Source: Candidatus Anderseniibacteriota bacterium (GTDB lineage: Bacteria; Patescibacteriota; Andersenbacteria; UBA10190). From it: a DNA stretch of 64,000 bases. Made by a program: the position numbers and the translations under genes. The notes under the pieces are model-generated. The model had not been told where the DNA came from, did no database searches, and saw nothing but the letters and a program-made list of their open reading frames with translations. The stretch lies in NCBI GenBank assembly GCA_021414205.1, contig JAIOOW010000003.1, positions 64,048 to 128,047 on the forward strand, given 5' to 3'. This document shows positions 53,372 through 63,443 of the stretch, one piece after another; position 1 is the stretch's first letter, and every line of letters starts with the position of its first letter.

Positions 53372-55858
53372 ATGGCAAACGAAGAAGAACAAGTAAATAA
53401 TGTTGGAAAGCTCGTCGGGCAAGAATTGTCGTCTGAAATCCAGAAGAGTTACCTAGATTACGCAATGAGCGTCATCGTTTCTCGCGCCTTGCCTGATGTT
53501 CGCGACGGCATGAAACCTGTTGCGCGCCGTATTTTGTACTCTATGTGGCGCCAGAATTTGCGTTCATCTGCTAAATTCCGTAAATCCGCAAACGTAGTTG
53601 GAGACGTAATGGCAAAGTACCATCCTCATGGAGACTCTTCTATTTACGACGCATTGGCGCGCTTGGTTCAGGACTTCTCATTGAGATACCCGCTTATTGA
53701 CGGACAAGGAAACTGGGGAAATATCGATGGAGACTCCCCTGCGGCAATGCGATATACCGAAGCTCGATTAATGAAAATCTCTGATGAGATGCTTTCTGAT
53801 ATTGCGAAAGAAACAGTTGATTTTATAGATAACTATGACGGATCAAAGAAGGAACCTACGGTGTTGCCAAGCTTATTCCCGCAATTTTTAGTTAACGGAA
53901 CGGTAGGTATTGCCGTTGGTATGGCAACGAACGTGCCGCCACATAATATCAAAGAAGTGTGCCAGGCAGCCATTCACTTGATTGATACGCCAGATGCAAC
54001 AATCAGCGATTTGATGAAATACGTTCAAGGGCCAGACTTTCCTACCGGTGCTGCTATTTATAATAAGCAAGATATTCTCCAGGCGTACGCAACTGGTCGC
54101 GGAGGAATTGTTACACGCGCCATCGCAGATATCGAAGAAGGTAAGAATGGGTCGTTCAAAATTATTGTTCACGAAATTCCATACCTCGTAAACAAGTCTC
54201 AGCTCATTACCAAGATAGCTGACAACGTAAAGGCAGATAGGATTCAAGGTATTCGCGACTTGCGAGATGAATCTGATAAAGACGGTATTCGTATTGTTGT
54301 GGAACTTAAGCGTGACGCATATCCGAAGAAGGTGTTGAATCAATTGTTTGCAACAACTGATTTGCAGAAGACATTCCACGTAAACATGCTTGCGCTCGTT
54401 GATGGCGGAAAGCAGCCAAAGGTTCTTACCCTCAAGGACGCTATTCTCGAGCACATTAGTCATCGTAAAGTTGTTATTACTCGAAGAACGCAATTTGATT
54501 TAGATCGCGCAAAAGAACGAGAACATATATTAGAGGGCTTAAAGAAGGCGCTCGATCATATTGATGAGGTTATTTCTATTATTCGCAAGAGTAAGACGCG
54601 TGAAACAGCGCACGTGAATCTTATTAAAGCATTTAAGTTTTCCGATGCTCAAGCTACTGCAATCCTTGAAATGCGCTTATCTGCTCTGGCTGGCCTTGAA
54701 CGGCAGAAGGTAGAAGACGAATTGCGAGAAAAGAGGGCGTTGATTAAAGAATTGGAAGGAATTTTGAAAGATCCTAAAAAGGTTGCTGCTCTCGTGAAGG
54801 CTGACTACGAAGGCGTTATTAAGCAGTACGGAGACGATCGAAGGACTCGAGTTATTCCAGGGGCTGTGGGTGACTTCTCTCAAGAGGATTTGGTTCCCGA
54901 CGACCCTACTGTTGTTACCATCACTCGTGGTGGATATATTAAGCGTTTGGCGACGAGCACCTATCAAGTGCAGCGACGTGGCGGGAAGGGCGTGAAGGGG
55001 ATGACGACTAAAGAGGAGGATGTTGTAGATATCTTCTTGGCAACAACTACTCATAAACAGCTTCTATTCTTTACCAACCAGGGTCGAGTATTTTCTACGA
55101 ATGCATACGAAATTCCGGAAACAGCGCGAGCTGCTAAAGGGCAAGCGCTTCAGAATTTCTTGGAATTATCTCCAAATGAAAAAGTAACTGCAGTGCAAGA
55201 GGTTCCTGATGCAGAAGAGCCAGGCGAATACTTGGTGATGGTTACGCGCGCGGGGGTAATTAAAAAGACTTCTCGAGAAGATTTCTTGAATATTAGGCGT
55301 ACGGGGCTCAAGGCGATTACGTTGAATAATGATGATGCCCTCGAGTGGGTTGGGGTATCATCGGGTGCTGATAATATCATGATTGTTACTACGGACGGTC
55401 AGGCGATTTTATTCCCAGAAAAAGATATTCGAGCAATGGGCCGCACCGCTGCCGGCGTTCGCGGAATCAAATTAAAGAAAGGTGACGAAGTGGTTGCGAT
55501 GCACGTCATTCATTCTGCAAATGATGCAAAGGAAATTCTTGTAATGACTCGTGAAGGGTTCGGAAAGCGTACTCCCGTATCGCAATATCGAATTCAGAAA
55601 CGCGGAGGAATGGGTATTAAGACTGCCCAAGTTACTGCAAAGACGGGAAAAATTATTAAGGCAGTAGTAGTAGATTCCGATAGCGTTGATACGACTGATA
55701 TATTAGTAATATCTGAACGTGGACAGGTGATTCGAGTGTCTGTGGCATCGGTAAGTCAGCAGGGGCGTTCAACACAAGGCGTTCGATTAATGCGACCATC
55801 CGATAAGAGTGGAAAAATTGCAACATTTACTATTTGGCGAGAAGTACAAGAGGCATAG
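53372..55858 (+). CDS. gyrA: DNA gyrase subunit A
   Basis: [25 protein letters not shown], GyrA-box QRRGGKG. Confidence 0.98.
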   Translation: MANEEEQVNNVGKLVGQELSSEIQKSYLDYAMSVIVSRALPDVRDGMKPVARRILYSMWRQNLRSSAKFRKSANVVGDVMAKYHPHGDSSIYDALARLVQDFSLRYPLIDGQGNWGNIDGDSPAAMRYTEARLMKISDEMLSDIAKETVDFIDNYDGSKKEPTVLPSLFPQFLVNGTVGIAVGMATNVPPHNIKEVCQAAIHLIDTPDATISDLMKYVQGPDFPTGAAIYNKQDILQAYATGRGGIVTRAIADIEEGKNGSFKIIVHEIPYLVNKSQLITKIADNVKADRIQGIRDLRDESDKDGIRIVVELKRDAYPKKVLNQLFATTDLQKTFHVNMLALVDGGKQPKVLTLKDAILEHISHRKVVITRRTQFDLDRAKEREHILEGLKKALDHIDEVISIIRKSKTRETAHVNLIKAFKFSDAQATAILEMRLSALAGLERQKVEDELREKRALIKELEGILKDPKKVAALVKADYEGVIKQYGDDRRTRVIPGAVGDFSQEDLVPDDPTVVTITRGGYIKRLATSTYQVQRRGGKGVKGMTTKEEDVVDIFLATTTHKQLLFFTNQGRVFSTNAYEIPETARAAKGQALQNFLELSPNEKVTAVQEVPDAEEPGEYLVMVTRAGVIKKTSREDFLNIRRTGLKAITLNNDDALEWVGVSSGADNIMIVTTDGQAILFPEKDIRAMGRTAAGVRGIKLKKGDEVVAMHVIHSANDAKEILVMTREGFGKRTPVSQYRIQKRGGMGIKTAQVTAKTGKIIKAVVVDSDSVDTTDILVISERGQVIRVSVASVSQQGRSTQGVRLMRPSDKSGKIATFTIWREVQEA

Positions 55859-55881
55859 TTGTGATATACTAGAGGGGATAT

Positions 55882-56424
55882 ATGGCTCAACGAAATCCCT
55901 TCATTCGTCCTGATACGTTTTGGCACGCCTTAATGCTTCGTGCGAATCAATCTGTTGTGCATTTAGGCTGCGGTGCGGGGTTTTATATTATTCCCGCTGC
56001 ACGAATTGTGGGGAAAAAGGGCAGGGCGATCGGAGTAGATATATTGCCAGACATGCTTGCGGAAGTTGAAAACAAAGCTCAGCAATTCGGGCTAGGCGAT
56101 ATCGTCAAAACATTTCGATCAAATATCGAGAATACTCCAGGAAGTCCGATCGATGAGCATTCTATGGACTGGGTATTAATTGCTAATATCCTGCATCAGT
56201 CTGATCCGCAAAAAGTATTCCAAGAAGCTCGCCGCATCGTGGGTGCTAATGGGCACGTCGCAGTTGTTGGGTGGGCAACGTCCGCAACTCCCTTAGGGCC
56301 CCCGAGCGAAAAGCGCATTTCCGAGGACGATGTTAAGCGAGTCGCTGAAGAAAACGGCCTTACGTTAGTAAAAGAGTTTGCGCCTAGCCCCTATCATTAT
56401 GGGCTGGTTTTAGCGCCTGCGTAA
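55882..56424 (+). CDS. Class I SAM-dependent methyltransferase
   Basis: VVHLGCGAGFY, GVDI, ANILHQ, PLGPP. Confidence 0.88.
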   Translation: MAQRNPFIRPDTFWHALMLRANQSVVHLGCGAGFYIIPAARIVGKKGRAIGVDILPDMLAEVENKAQQFGLGDIVKTFRSNIENTPGSPIDEHSMDWVLIANILHQSDPQKVFQEARRIVGANGHVAVVGWATSATPLGPPSEKRISEDDVKRVAEENGLTLVKEFAPSPYHYGLVLAPA

Positions 56425-56431
56425 TACGGAT

Positions 56432-57718
56432 ATGACGTCACGGATACCACTATTTTTACTTGTTGTTATAAGCGCGCTTGCTCTCGCTGGCTTTGGTTGC
56501 CGCGCACCTGCGCCTGTAAAAACCACCACTACTACCAGCCTTGTTGTGTGGGGGTTGTGGGAAGATAGCTCTACGATGGACCCTATTTTGCGAGCATTCA
56601 AAGACCAAACCGGAATCGCTGTAGAGTATAAAAAAATTGCAGATATTGGCACGTATGAAAAAACTTTACTAGAGGCTTTAGCTTCAGGGAGGGGTCCTGA
56701 TGTGTTTGTGATTAACAATGCATGGGTAGATGTTCACAAAGATATTTTGAGCCCTGCTCCGCTGGCTGTTATTAACCCGGCGCAGTTGCAGAGCGAGTTT
56801 GTCGATGTAGTTACAAAAGATGTTGTGCGAGGCGGATATATTTATGCTCTTCCTACATCAGTTGATACATTGGCGTTATTTGTGAATACGAATATTTTTA
56901 ATGCAAACGGCATTGCTCAAATGCCGACGACGTGGACAGAATTTCAGAACGACGTATCCAAGATCACGAAAGTTTCTCGATTGGGCGTTATTGATCAGAG
57001 CGGGGCCGCCATCGGTACGGGCAGTAACGTCAATCGTGCCCCGGACATTCTACAGCTCTTAATGATGCAGAGCGGCTTGCCGATTTTAGATACTTCGCAC
57101 GGAGATAAGAGGATCGATATTGCGAATGCGCAAGGAGAGCGATCGCTTACGTTCTATACCGACTTCGCAAACAAATCTAAGCAAGTATACACATGGGATT
57201 CCACGCAAGATTATTCCATAGATGCGTTTTCGGAAGGGAAGACGGCAATGATGCTCAATTATTCCTATCAAATCCCAACAGTGCGTGCGAAAAATCCTCG
57301 ATTGCAGTTTGCAATTGCGCCTGTGCCCCAAGTCGGAACAGATCCTAATATCGTACAAGCTACTTTTGCAAGCTATTGGCCGTTTGCAGTATCTGCAAAC
57401 TCCAAAGCTCCTGGCGCAGCATGGCAATTTGTGCGATTCCTCACATCGCAACAAAACGCTGACACTGTGAATAAGTCGGAAGCTATTCCGCCTGCACGCA
57501 GGGATTCTATCGCGCAATATAGTACTGATCCTATTATGGGAGTATTTGCACAACAATCGCTCAAAGCAGTTTCTTGGCCGCGCTTTGATATATCAGCCAC
57601 GGATGCTATATTTACAAGTATGATTGATAGCGTTGCAACTGGTGGGGCTTCAGTATCCGATGTATTAAAGACGGCGCAAGATCAACTTCAGCGAATAATT
57701 GCAGGCAATGGAAACTAG
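56432..57718 (+). CDS. Extracellular solute-binding lipoprotein (family 1)
   Basis: Lipobox-like AGFGC, GPDVF, IYALP..DTLAL, PTTWTEF, FSEGKTAM, AWQFVRFL. Confidence 0.9.
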   Translation: MTSRIPLFLLVVISALALAGFGCRAPAPVKTTTTTSLVVWGLWEDSSTMDPILRAFKDQTGIAVEYKKIADIGTYEKTLLEALASGRGPDVFVINNAWVDVHKDILSPAPLAVINPAQLQSEFVDVVTKDVVRGGYIYALPTSVDTLALFVNTNIFNANGIAQMPTTWTEFQNDVSKITKVSRLGVIDQSGAAIGTGSNVNRAPDILQLLMMQSGLPILDTSHGDKRIDIANAQGERSLTFYTDFANKSKQVYTWDSTQDYSIDAFSEGKTAMMLNYSYQIPTVRAKNPRLQFAIAPVPQVGTDPNIVQATFASYWPFAVSANSKAPGAAWQFVRFLTSQQNADTVNKSEAIPPARRDSIAQYSTDPIMGVFAQQSLKAVSWPRFDISATDAIFTSMIDSVATGGASVSDVLKTAQDQLQRIIAGNGN

Positions 57719-58136
57719 GTTTAAAAAAATTATTTCAAGTATTTTAATACTAGGGTTATTTTTCGCGATTGCCCCTCATATTACTTTTGCGCAAGGTGTC
57801 GGACAGAGCTCGAGCGGAATCACAAATCCTCTTGGCGGTGGTGCTGACCAGACAATAACTTCTGTGCTTACTGGCATTATTAAATGGATGCTTGGCTTGG
57901 TCGGGTTTCTTGCACTCATTGCGCTTATTATTGCCGGTGGCAGAATGATTATTGATTTCGGCAACGAAGAACAGGTTCGAAAGGCGAAAATGACCATTAC
58001 GTGGGCAGTAATAGGGTTGCTCGTTGTAATCCTTTCATACGCAATTGTTAATATTGTGAGCACACAGATATTAGGAGCTGGAGGAAGTTCGTCGGGGTCG
58101 GGAGGAAGTAGCGTTAATCCTCCTCCGGGAACGTGA
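57708..58136 (+). CDS. TrbC/VirB2-like T4SS pilin 1
   Basis: Signal segment plus two TM hairpin: AGGRMII..GNEEQVRKAKMTITWAVIGL. Confidence 0.85.
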   Translation: METRFKKIISSILILGLFFAIAPHITFAQGVGQSSSGITNPLGGGADQTITSVLTGIIKWMLGLVGFLALIALIIAGGRMIIDFGNEEQVRKAKMTITWAVIGLLVVILSYAIVNIVSTQILGAGGSSSGSGGSSVNPPPGT

Positions 58137-58137
58137 T

Positions 58138-58527
58138 ATGAAATATCTATTACCAGTAATTGTATTGGCCGTTTTTGTGTTTGGAGTGTCGTGCGCCCCA
58201 GTAAGAGCACAGAGTGGCGGTGATCCGCAAGGCTTCAATGCCGGGCTTGATAGCGTTAAGCAAATTGCAGGACAGAACGGTCTCAATAATAAACAGCAAA
58301 CTACAAAGGAGATTTTGCAAACAATCGTCGCGTGGCTTACGTCTTTACTGGCAACAGTTGCTCTTATTTCGCTTGTATATGGCGGATACCTATACATATC
58401 TTCTCAAGGAGACGAGGGGAATGTATCTAAGGGAAAGGCGATTCTTTTGTATTCGATTATCGGCCTCATTATTGTTGGATTGGCAGGCGTTATCGTCAAC
58501 GTTGTCATTAGTGTTGCAACTCAATAA
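58138..58527 (+). CDS. TrbC/VirB2-like T4SS pilin 2
   Basis: YGGYLYISSQGDEGNVSKGKAILLYSIIGL. Confidence 0.85.
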   Translation: MKYLLPVIVLAVFVFGVSCAPVRAQSGGDPQGFNAGLDSVKQIAGQNGLNNKQQTTKEILQTIVAWLTSLLATVALISLVYGGYLYISSQGDEGNVSKGKAILLYSIIGLIIVGLAGVIVNVVISVATQ

Positions 58528-58529
58528 CT

Positions 58530-58928
58530 ATGTCTAAATTTACAAAAGCAGCTACATTCGTTATCGCAGTTACATCTCTGTCGCTGTTTGTATTTCCAGT
58601 TGCTGCGCAGATTACAAAAATTTCTGGTTCCGACTGTTCTCAGCTTGGTATTCAATGTACAGGAAGCGAAACTTCCACGACGCTTGTTCAGCGCATCACC
58701 ACAATTGTTAATGCGCTATTAGTTCTTGTAGGGATTATTGCTTCAATTTATCTGGTGCTTGGCGGAATTCGCTATGTAATGTCGCAAGGGGATGAGCATG
58801 AGGCAGAACAAGCAAAGCTCACGATGCTGTACGCAGTTATTGGAATTATTCTAATTGGATTATCTGCCGCGATTGTTAATTTTCTTATCTATATTGCTGG
58901 CGGTCAAGGTGGAGCAACGGGCCCATAA
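58530..58928 (+). CDS. TrbC/VirB2-like T4SS pilin 3
   Basis: GGIRYVMSQGDEHEAEQAKLTMLYAVIG. Confidence 0.85.
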   Translation: MSKFTKAATFVIAVTSLSLFVFPVAAQITKISGSDCSQLGIQCTGSETSTTLVQRITTIVNALLVLVGIIASIYLVLGGIRYVMSQGDEHEAEQAKLTMLYAVIGIILIGLSAAIVNFLIYIAGGQGGATGP

Positions 58929-58999
58929 AATAGTTTGTTGATTATTTTTGTGGTATATTTTGGATATAAAATATTGAACATGAAGGAGGTGAGTCGTAT

Positions 59000-59350
59000 A
59001 TGAACATCAAATCAATCGTTCGCGTTACAACAGGCGCAGTTGCGCTTGCAGTTTCACCTCTTATTGCGTTCGCACAGGGGTTGCAACCAGCAATTCCATT
59101 CGCGAATACGGCTCGAGGAGGTCTCATCCCCGCGATCCTAACAATCGTTAACGGATTACTCGTTATTTCCGGTATCGTAGCTTCTATCTACTTAGTGTTA
59201 GGTGGGGTTCGATACATCATGTCCCAAGGAGAAGAAGGGGAAACAGAGAAAGCGAAGAATACGATTCTGTATGCAATCATCGGTCTTATCGTTATTGCTC
59301 TATCAGCAGCTATCGTAAACTTTATTATCGGCACTGTCGCAGTAGCGTAA
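59000..59350 (+). CDS. TrbC/VirB2-like T4SS pilin 4 (strong SD)
   Basis: GGVRYIMSQGEEGETEKAKNTILYAIIGL; SD AGGAGGTGA. Confidence 0.88.
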   Translation: MNIKSIVRVTTGAVALAVSPLIAFAQGLQPAIPFANTARGGLIPAILTIVNGLLVISGIVASIYLVLGGVRYIMSQGEEGETEKAKNTILYAIIGLIVIALSAAIVNFIIGTVAVA

Positions 59351-59364
59351 GCAATGTTAATCGC

Positions 59365-59398
59365 AAAAACACCCCACCATATTGGCGGGGTGTTTTTT
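59365..59398 (+). terminator. Terminator after the pilin array
   Basis: AAAAACACCCC...GGGGTGTTTTTT. Confidence 0.7.
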
Positions 59399-59418
59399 AT
59401 TAGTGATATACTGCATAT

Positions 59419-59637
59419 ATGATTAGCAATTCAGGATTCATCGTTGCAAGTAATATCGTATACGTTTTGATTGTTGTATTTTTTATATACCGAATGCTTC
59501 GCGCAGCGTCTGTGTATAATTGGAATCCCGGTAGAACAGCTGTGCAGCAAAAGCAAAAGATGAAAATTTTAATAGGTCTTATCGTTATCGCCGTAGTCGG
59601 AATAATTGCCGCAATTACAAACATTCTGTTTGGGTAA
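59419..59637 (+). CDS. Small 2-TM protein, possibly a degenerate pilin
   Basis: Two hydrophobic helices around a basic loop; TATACT 6 nt before ATG. Confidence 0.65.
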   Translation: MISNSGFIVASNIVYVLIVVFFIYRMLRAASVYNWNPGRTAVQQKQKMKILIGLIVIAVVGIIAAITNILFG

Positions 59638-59644
59638 AAAAATA

Positions 59645-59673
59645 AGCCCACAAGTTTTTTATACTTGTGGGCT
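59645..59673. terminator. Terminator between convergent genes
   Basis: AGCCCACAAGT-N7-ACTTGTGGGCT. Confidence 0.65.
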
Positions 59674-59699
59674 CGTTCGAGTTGAAAGAGCGACTATAT

Positions 59700-60848
59700 T
59701 CATCTTGCTGTGTAGTCAATGTCATAGATCACTTCGATCATGACTTCCCCCTCAGGAACGTTGGGGGGCTGGATCCGCAAGAATAGATCCTCCTCGTAGC
59801 TTGGAACAGAGTATGTTCCGTACAGGTTTGCTGGTCTCGATACAACGGTCTCTTCCTGAAGAACGTCTCGAAACTTGTTGTTTTCCACCACCCCGATCAT
59901 TACCTGTCCAGGCTTTTGTTGGACGAGGTCATCTGATAGAGTGATGCCGTTCATGTCGGCGTAGCGGATGTAGACCTGCCACAGAGGCGAGTCTGCTCCA
60001 TTGCCGACTTGTACGGTTCCCCAATCGTACCCGTAACACTCCTGAGGATTTTGCGGGTTGCGCGTCAATACCCGTTTCGCCGTGGCGATTCGGATATGGT
60101 TTGGCAGCGGGAACACTTCTGCTATCACGCGGTTTGATACGCCTCGATAGCCTAAAGTTTTCACGCCCCAAATTCGAATTGCGTCTCCTCCTGTTACCGA
60201 GCCCGTGTTGTATAGCGGGATCGTTTCCTCGTGAGCTAAGTGGTGAGGAGTAGGCTCGCTTGCCTGTGAGAACAACCTCACCTCTCCTCCGCTCCAATAC
60301 CCCGGACATGTGTACTTAATTCGGGATCCTCCCAAAAAAGCAAGGTTAATGCCCAGATACCGAGGCCGTCCATCTAAGGGAACCTCAACATCTACTTTCG
60401 CAGGGATGATTTTCCATCCATGTTTTCGCGGACCTTCCACGAAAAACTTGTACCGGTCTCCGTTCTCGTTTCGTCGAGCAACAGCTGGTGCCAACTGTTT
60501 TTTCGGTGCGGAGGCAGGTGCGTGAGCATTCTGCCAAAGTTTTGTGTTGGCATAAGTAACTTGCACAACTCCTAGGTATATCCATGGAAAAACCAAGGAT
60601 AAGACCCACAAGCATAGCGCCCACCAAGCAACTGTGTATATCGGAGCCTTTTTTAAAGGCTCGACAAGTGTCTTGTTGAGCAATTCTTTCCACCAGCTTG
60701 TTGCAGGAGCAGCAGTAGGCGTACCTGCAGGTGGTGTAGCGGGTGCAGGCTTTCTGTGTCCTGCTTTGCCTGATTGAGCTCGCGTCCAGATCGCAAAGCT
60801 TACGAACAAGATTGCTAGCACGGTTAACGTAATTGCAATTGGCGCCAT
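59700..60848 (-). CDS. Hypothetical membrane protein (two TM helices plus beta-rich domain)
   Basis: 382-aa ORF, P/A-rich linker, SD AGGAGA. Confidence 0.75.
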   Translation of the reverse strand: MAPIAITLTVLAILFVSFAIWTRAQSGKAGHRKPAPATPPAGTPTAAPATSWWKELLNKTLVEPLKKAPIYTVAWWALCLWVLSLVFPWIYLGVVQVTYANTKLWQNAHAPASAPKKQLAPAVARRNENGDRYKFFVEGPRKHGWKIIPAKVDVEVPLDGRPRYLGINLAFLGGSRIKYTCPGYWSGGEVRLFSQASEPTPHHLAHEETIPLYNTGSVTGGDAIRIWGVKTLGYRGVSNRVIAEVFPLPNHIRIATAKRVLTRNPQNPQECYGYDWGTVQVGNGADSPLWQVYIRYADMNGITLSDDLVQQKPGQVMIGVVENNKFRDVLQEETVVSRPANLYGTYSVPSYEEDLFLRIQPPNVPEGEVMIEVIYDIDYTAR

Positions 60849-60874
60849 CTAGACCGTCTCCTTTGGTTCGGTTG

Positions 60875-62077
60875 TTATTTTGAACCTTTTAATAATTTCG
60901 ATGCAAGGGAGCCTACAACATCTCCTCCTGCCGTTAGAATTGTTCCTTGAGGCAATTTTTGAAGTGTCTCGGCAGCGATCGCATATCGGCCTGCTGGTGT
61001 TCCTGCCTGAGCAGCTAGCTCTTTAGCAAAGGCAGCTTGCCCTTGCCCGATAAGCTCTAATGCCTCCCTCTCTCCCTCTGCATCGGCAATTCTTGCTTTT
61101 GCAAGCAATTTTGCCTTTGCTTCAGCAGACATCGCCTTTGCAACTTCGGGGTCAGCAGGAAATACGAGCTTCACGTTGAAGTCAAAGAGGGTAAGGGCGG
61201 GGCCGATGTCGGCCCGCACAAAATCCTCGATGTGTCTCCTGTCAGTAGTCTTTTTTGACTCTTCTTCAAGCTTCTCCCAGAGAGTTTTTTTGTCACGAAC
61301 ACCATTTACAAAGGTAAATTGGAGTAATCCGGCTTCTTCGAAGATGGTCCCTACGAGATTAAGCATTAAGCGCACTTCAATAATAGGGTCATTGTCGAGC
61401 GCTTGTTTCTGGGTAACTGTTGGAAGTGTTCGGTTTGCAGCTTCGCTCACTGCCGGTTCCAACTCCTCAGAGAAGATGTGTGCAATACAAGGAACGTCAT
61501 ACGGCTTGTATTCTGGCGCGCCCGTTGTGGTATTGAAGCGTTCCAAATATTGAACCTCGTGCGGAACTGCCAGGTCTTTGCGATACCCCCCCGGCCCTCG
61601 ATGAAGCGGAATCTTTGTGAAAAGCATTTGCATGCCTTTCGGATTGTCGCTCATTGCAGACGTGATTTCCAGATAAATGGAATTTGGTGCCGAGGGGTAA
61701 TTCTCGTCAGCAAGCGTATTTGCTTGGGTCGTCGTGAATGGTGATGTGAATTGCGTGGTGGGTAAGTAGACAGCTTGATTTAGTGGGTAGGGGAAAACCC
61801 ACGCAATTCCTGAGTCGAATAACCCCGCTCTTCCTTTGCCGAGTCTTGAATAGCATGCATATGCATCCCCCAAATACACGATAACGATAATTCGATCTAT
61901 TCGTGTTGTGTGGAGCGCCAAAATTACAAACTCGCCAATTGCGATCGCAGACATGAAAATATGCCATGCTACGATAGCTGATGGGTCGAAAATGAATAAT
62001 TCCGGTACGAACACCCATGCAAGCACGAATAATGTAATCAAGGCTACGTTCATCACGAAGTGGACTGCTTTCATCAT
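60875..62077 (-). CDS. Divergent SPFH/band-7 domain membrane protein
   Basis: Two TM helices, SGIAWVFPYP, C-terminal EVAKAMSAEAKA...IADAEGEREA coiled region. Confidence 0.65.
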   Translation of the reverse strand: MMKAVHFVMNVALITLFVLAWVFVPELFIFDPSAIVAWHIFMSAIAIGEFVILALHTTRIDRIIVIVYLGDAYACYSRLGKGRAGLFDSGIAWVFPYPLNQAVYLPTTQFTSPFTTTQANTLADENYPSAPNSIYLEITSAMSDNPKGMQMLFTKIPLHRGPGGYRKDLAVPHEVQYLERFNTTTGAPEYKPYDVPCIAHIFSEELEPAVSEAANRTLPTVTQKQALDNDPIIEVRLMLNLVGTIFEEAGLLQFTFVNGVRDKKTLWEKLEEESKKTTDRRHIEDFVRADIGPALTLFDFNVKLVFPADPEVAKAMSAEAKAKLLAKARIADAEGEREALELIGQGQAAFAKELAAQAGTPAGRYAIAAETLQKLPQGTILTAGGDVVGSLASKLLKGSK

Positions 62078-62175
62078 GTATTCCTTTTTTAAGGGGCTTG
62101 TAATCAGCCGAAATAATCATCCAACACTAGTGGTATATATACACTATAAATATGAAATTGTCAAACTTATTATAG

Positions 62176-62257
62176 TGCGGATGAGAGGACTCGAACCTCC
62201 ACGGGTTTCCCCACATGGTCCTAAGCCATGCGCGTATGCCAATTCCGCCACATCCGC
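62176..62257 (-). tRNA. tRNA-Leu(TAG)
   Basis: CATGG-CT-TAG-GA-CCATG anticodon arm, variable arm. Confidence 0.95.
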
Positions 62258-62297
62258 TGATCGCTCGCTTCTGCGAGGATTCACCTATACTACAAGG

Positions 62298-63320
62298 TTA
62301 GTGCGCGGTTTGGAAGGCTTTTTTTGAGATTATTGAATCAAAAGGCACGTATTTTATCGTTTTTCGCATATATACATGCTCGTATTCGAGCCCAGTCTTT
62401 TCCCAGGTAAAATGATGCGTTGCTCGTAGGGAAGGGCTGTATTTTGGAATGAGCGCATTTTTAACTGATTTCTGCATTAAATCGCTTAGGTGAGCCGTAT
62501 CGTCTATATGATAGTAAAACCCTGCTGTGCCCAGTATTTCTTCGATATACGGGCTTGTGGTGGCTATAACGACGCGATTTGCGTCCATTGCCTGAAGTAA
62601 AAGTGGCGAAAATGATGGGTCATCAATTATGACGAATCCTGCCGTTCTTACGATAGATTGAGCCCCTCGGCTGGTCATCGGGAGGGCGAATGGGGTGACG
62701 AATGGATAGTCTTTGAGTAGCTTTTTAAACTCTTTTGATGGGCTTTCGCAAAAAACAACCAATTTTTTCTTCGATTTTACAGCCTTATAGAGCTTTGCAA
62801 TGCTTGAAATAGTATCAATGGAGTTGCTCAAAATAACGCCAAATTGGTTGTTTCTCAGGCTGTACTGTCGAGGTTGAATATCGTTTAAAATTGGCTTAGT
62901 ATAGCCGTCTGGTATATATAATGACTTAATTCCGTAGATTGCAAGGAGTTGATACTGCAATGTTCTTGTCGGAGCCACTATGCGATCAAATAATTTGGTG
63001 AGAAATTGTAAATAAACTTGAAAAAGTTTTGTTTGAAAATGCGAAGAGAAGGTCGGCAGGGAGGATAGTGTCCAGGTCATAGTTGTCTGATTTGGCACCA
63101 TGAATTGTAAGAAATTGAGCAACATTGCCCCTTGAAACGTATGAACATGAATAGTGTTCGTTTTTGTGAACGGAATACTGAGAATTGCTAAAATATTCTT
63201 TATAAAGCCATTATATTGGTCTGATACTATGTGCCCGTTTTGGGATGTTTGGGCTATAAGCGCGTTCATACGATTTTTTTCTTGCTGCTGCTGTGGGTTG
63301 CCGATGAATAAAATTTTCAT
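62298..63320 (-). CDS. Degenerate GT-B (GT4-like) glycosyltransferase
   Basis: IHVH, YIPDGY, LLLQAMDANRVVIAT, FTWEKTGLEYEHVY. Confidence 0.7.
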   Translation of the reverse strand: MKILFIGNPQQQQEKNRMNALIAQTSQNGHIVSDQYNGFIKNILAILSIPFTKTNTIHVHTFQGAMLLNFLQFMVPNQTTMTWTLSSLPTFSSHFQTKLFQVYLQFLTKLFDRIVAPTRTLQYQLLAIYGIKSLYIPDGYTKPILNDIQPRQYSLRNNQFGVILSNSIDTISSIAKLYKAVKSKKKLVVFCESPSKEFKKLLKDYPFVTPFALPMTSRGAQSIVRTAGFVIIDDPSFSPLLLQAMDANRVVIATTSPYIEEILGTAGFYYHIDDTAHLSDLMQKSVKNALIPKYSPSLRATHHFTWEKTGLEYEHVYMRKTIKYVPFDSIISKKAFQTAH

Positions 63321-63350
63321 AACTAGCGACTATATCATGAGTAAATATAT

Positions 63351-63380
63351 TTGACAAGTACGGTATTTTCTGTTTATAAT
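63351..63380 (+). promoter_or_regulatory. Consensus sigma70 promoter
   Basis: TTGACA-N18-TATAAT. Confidence 0.65.
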
Positions 63381-63443
63381 TCGGGGTTCGGAATTGGGAA
63401 TGATGTTTCAACAATCTGTATTACAGACGAAAAGGAGGCCCAT

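Noticed and set aside
53610-53660. Quinolone-resistance substitution in GyrA
   Set aside because: [10 protein letters not shown] retains the Ser83- and Asp87-equivalent residues
41570-59398. Similar AAAACACCCC...GGGGTGTTTT hairpins at 41570 and 59365 as a repeat family
   Set aside because: There are only two short copies with different loops, both at gene ends; ordinary terminators explain them
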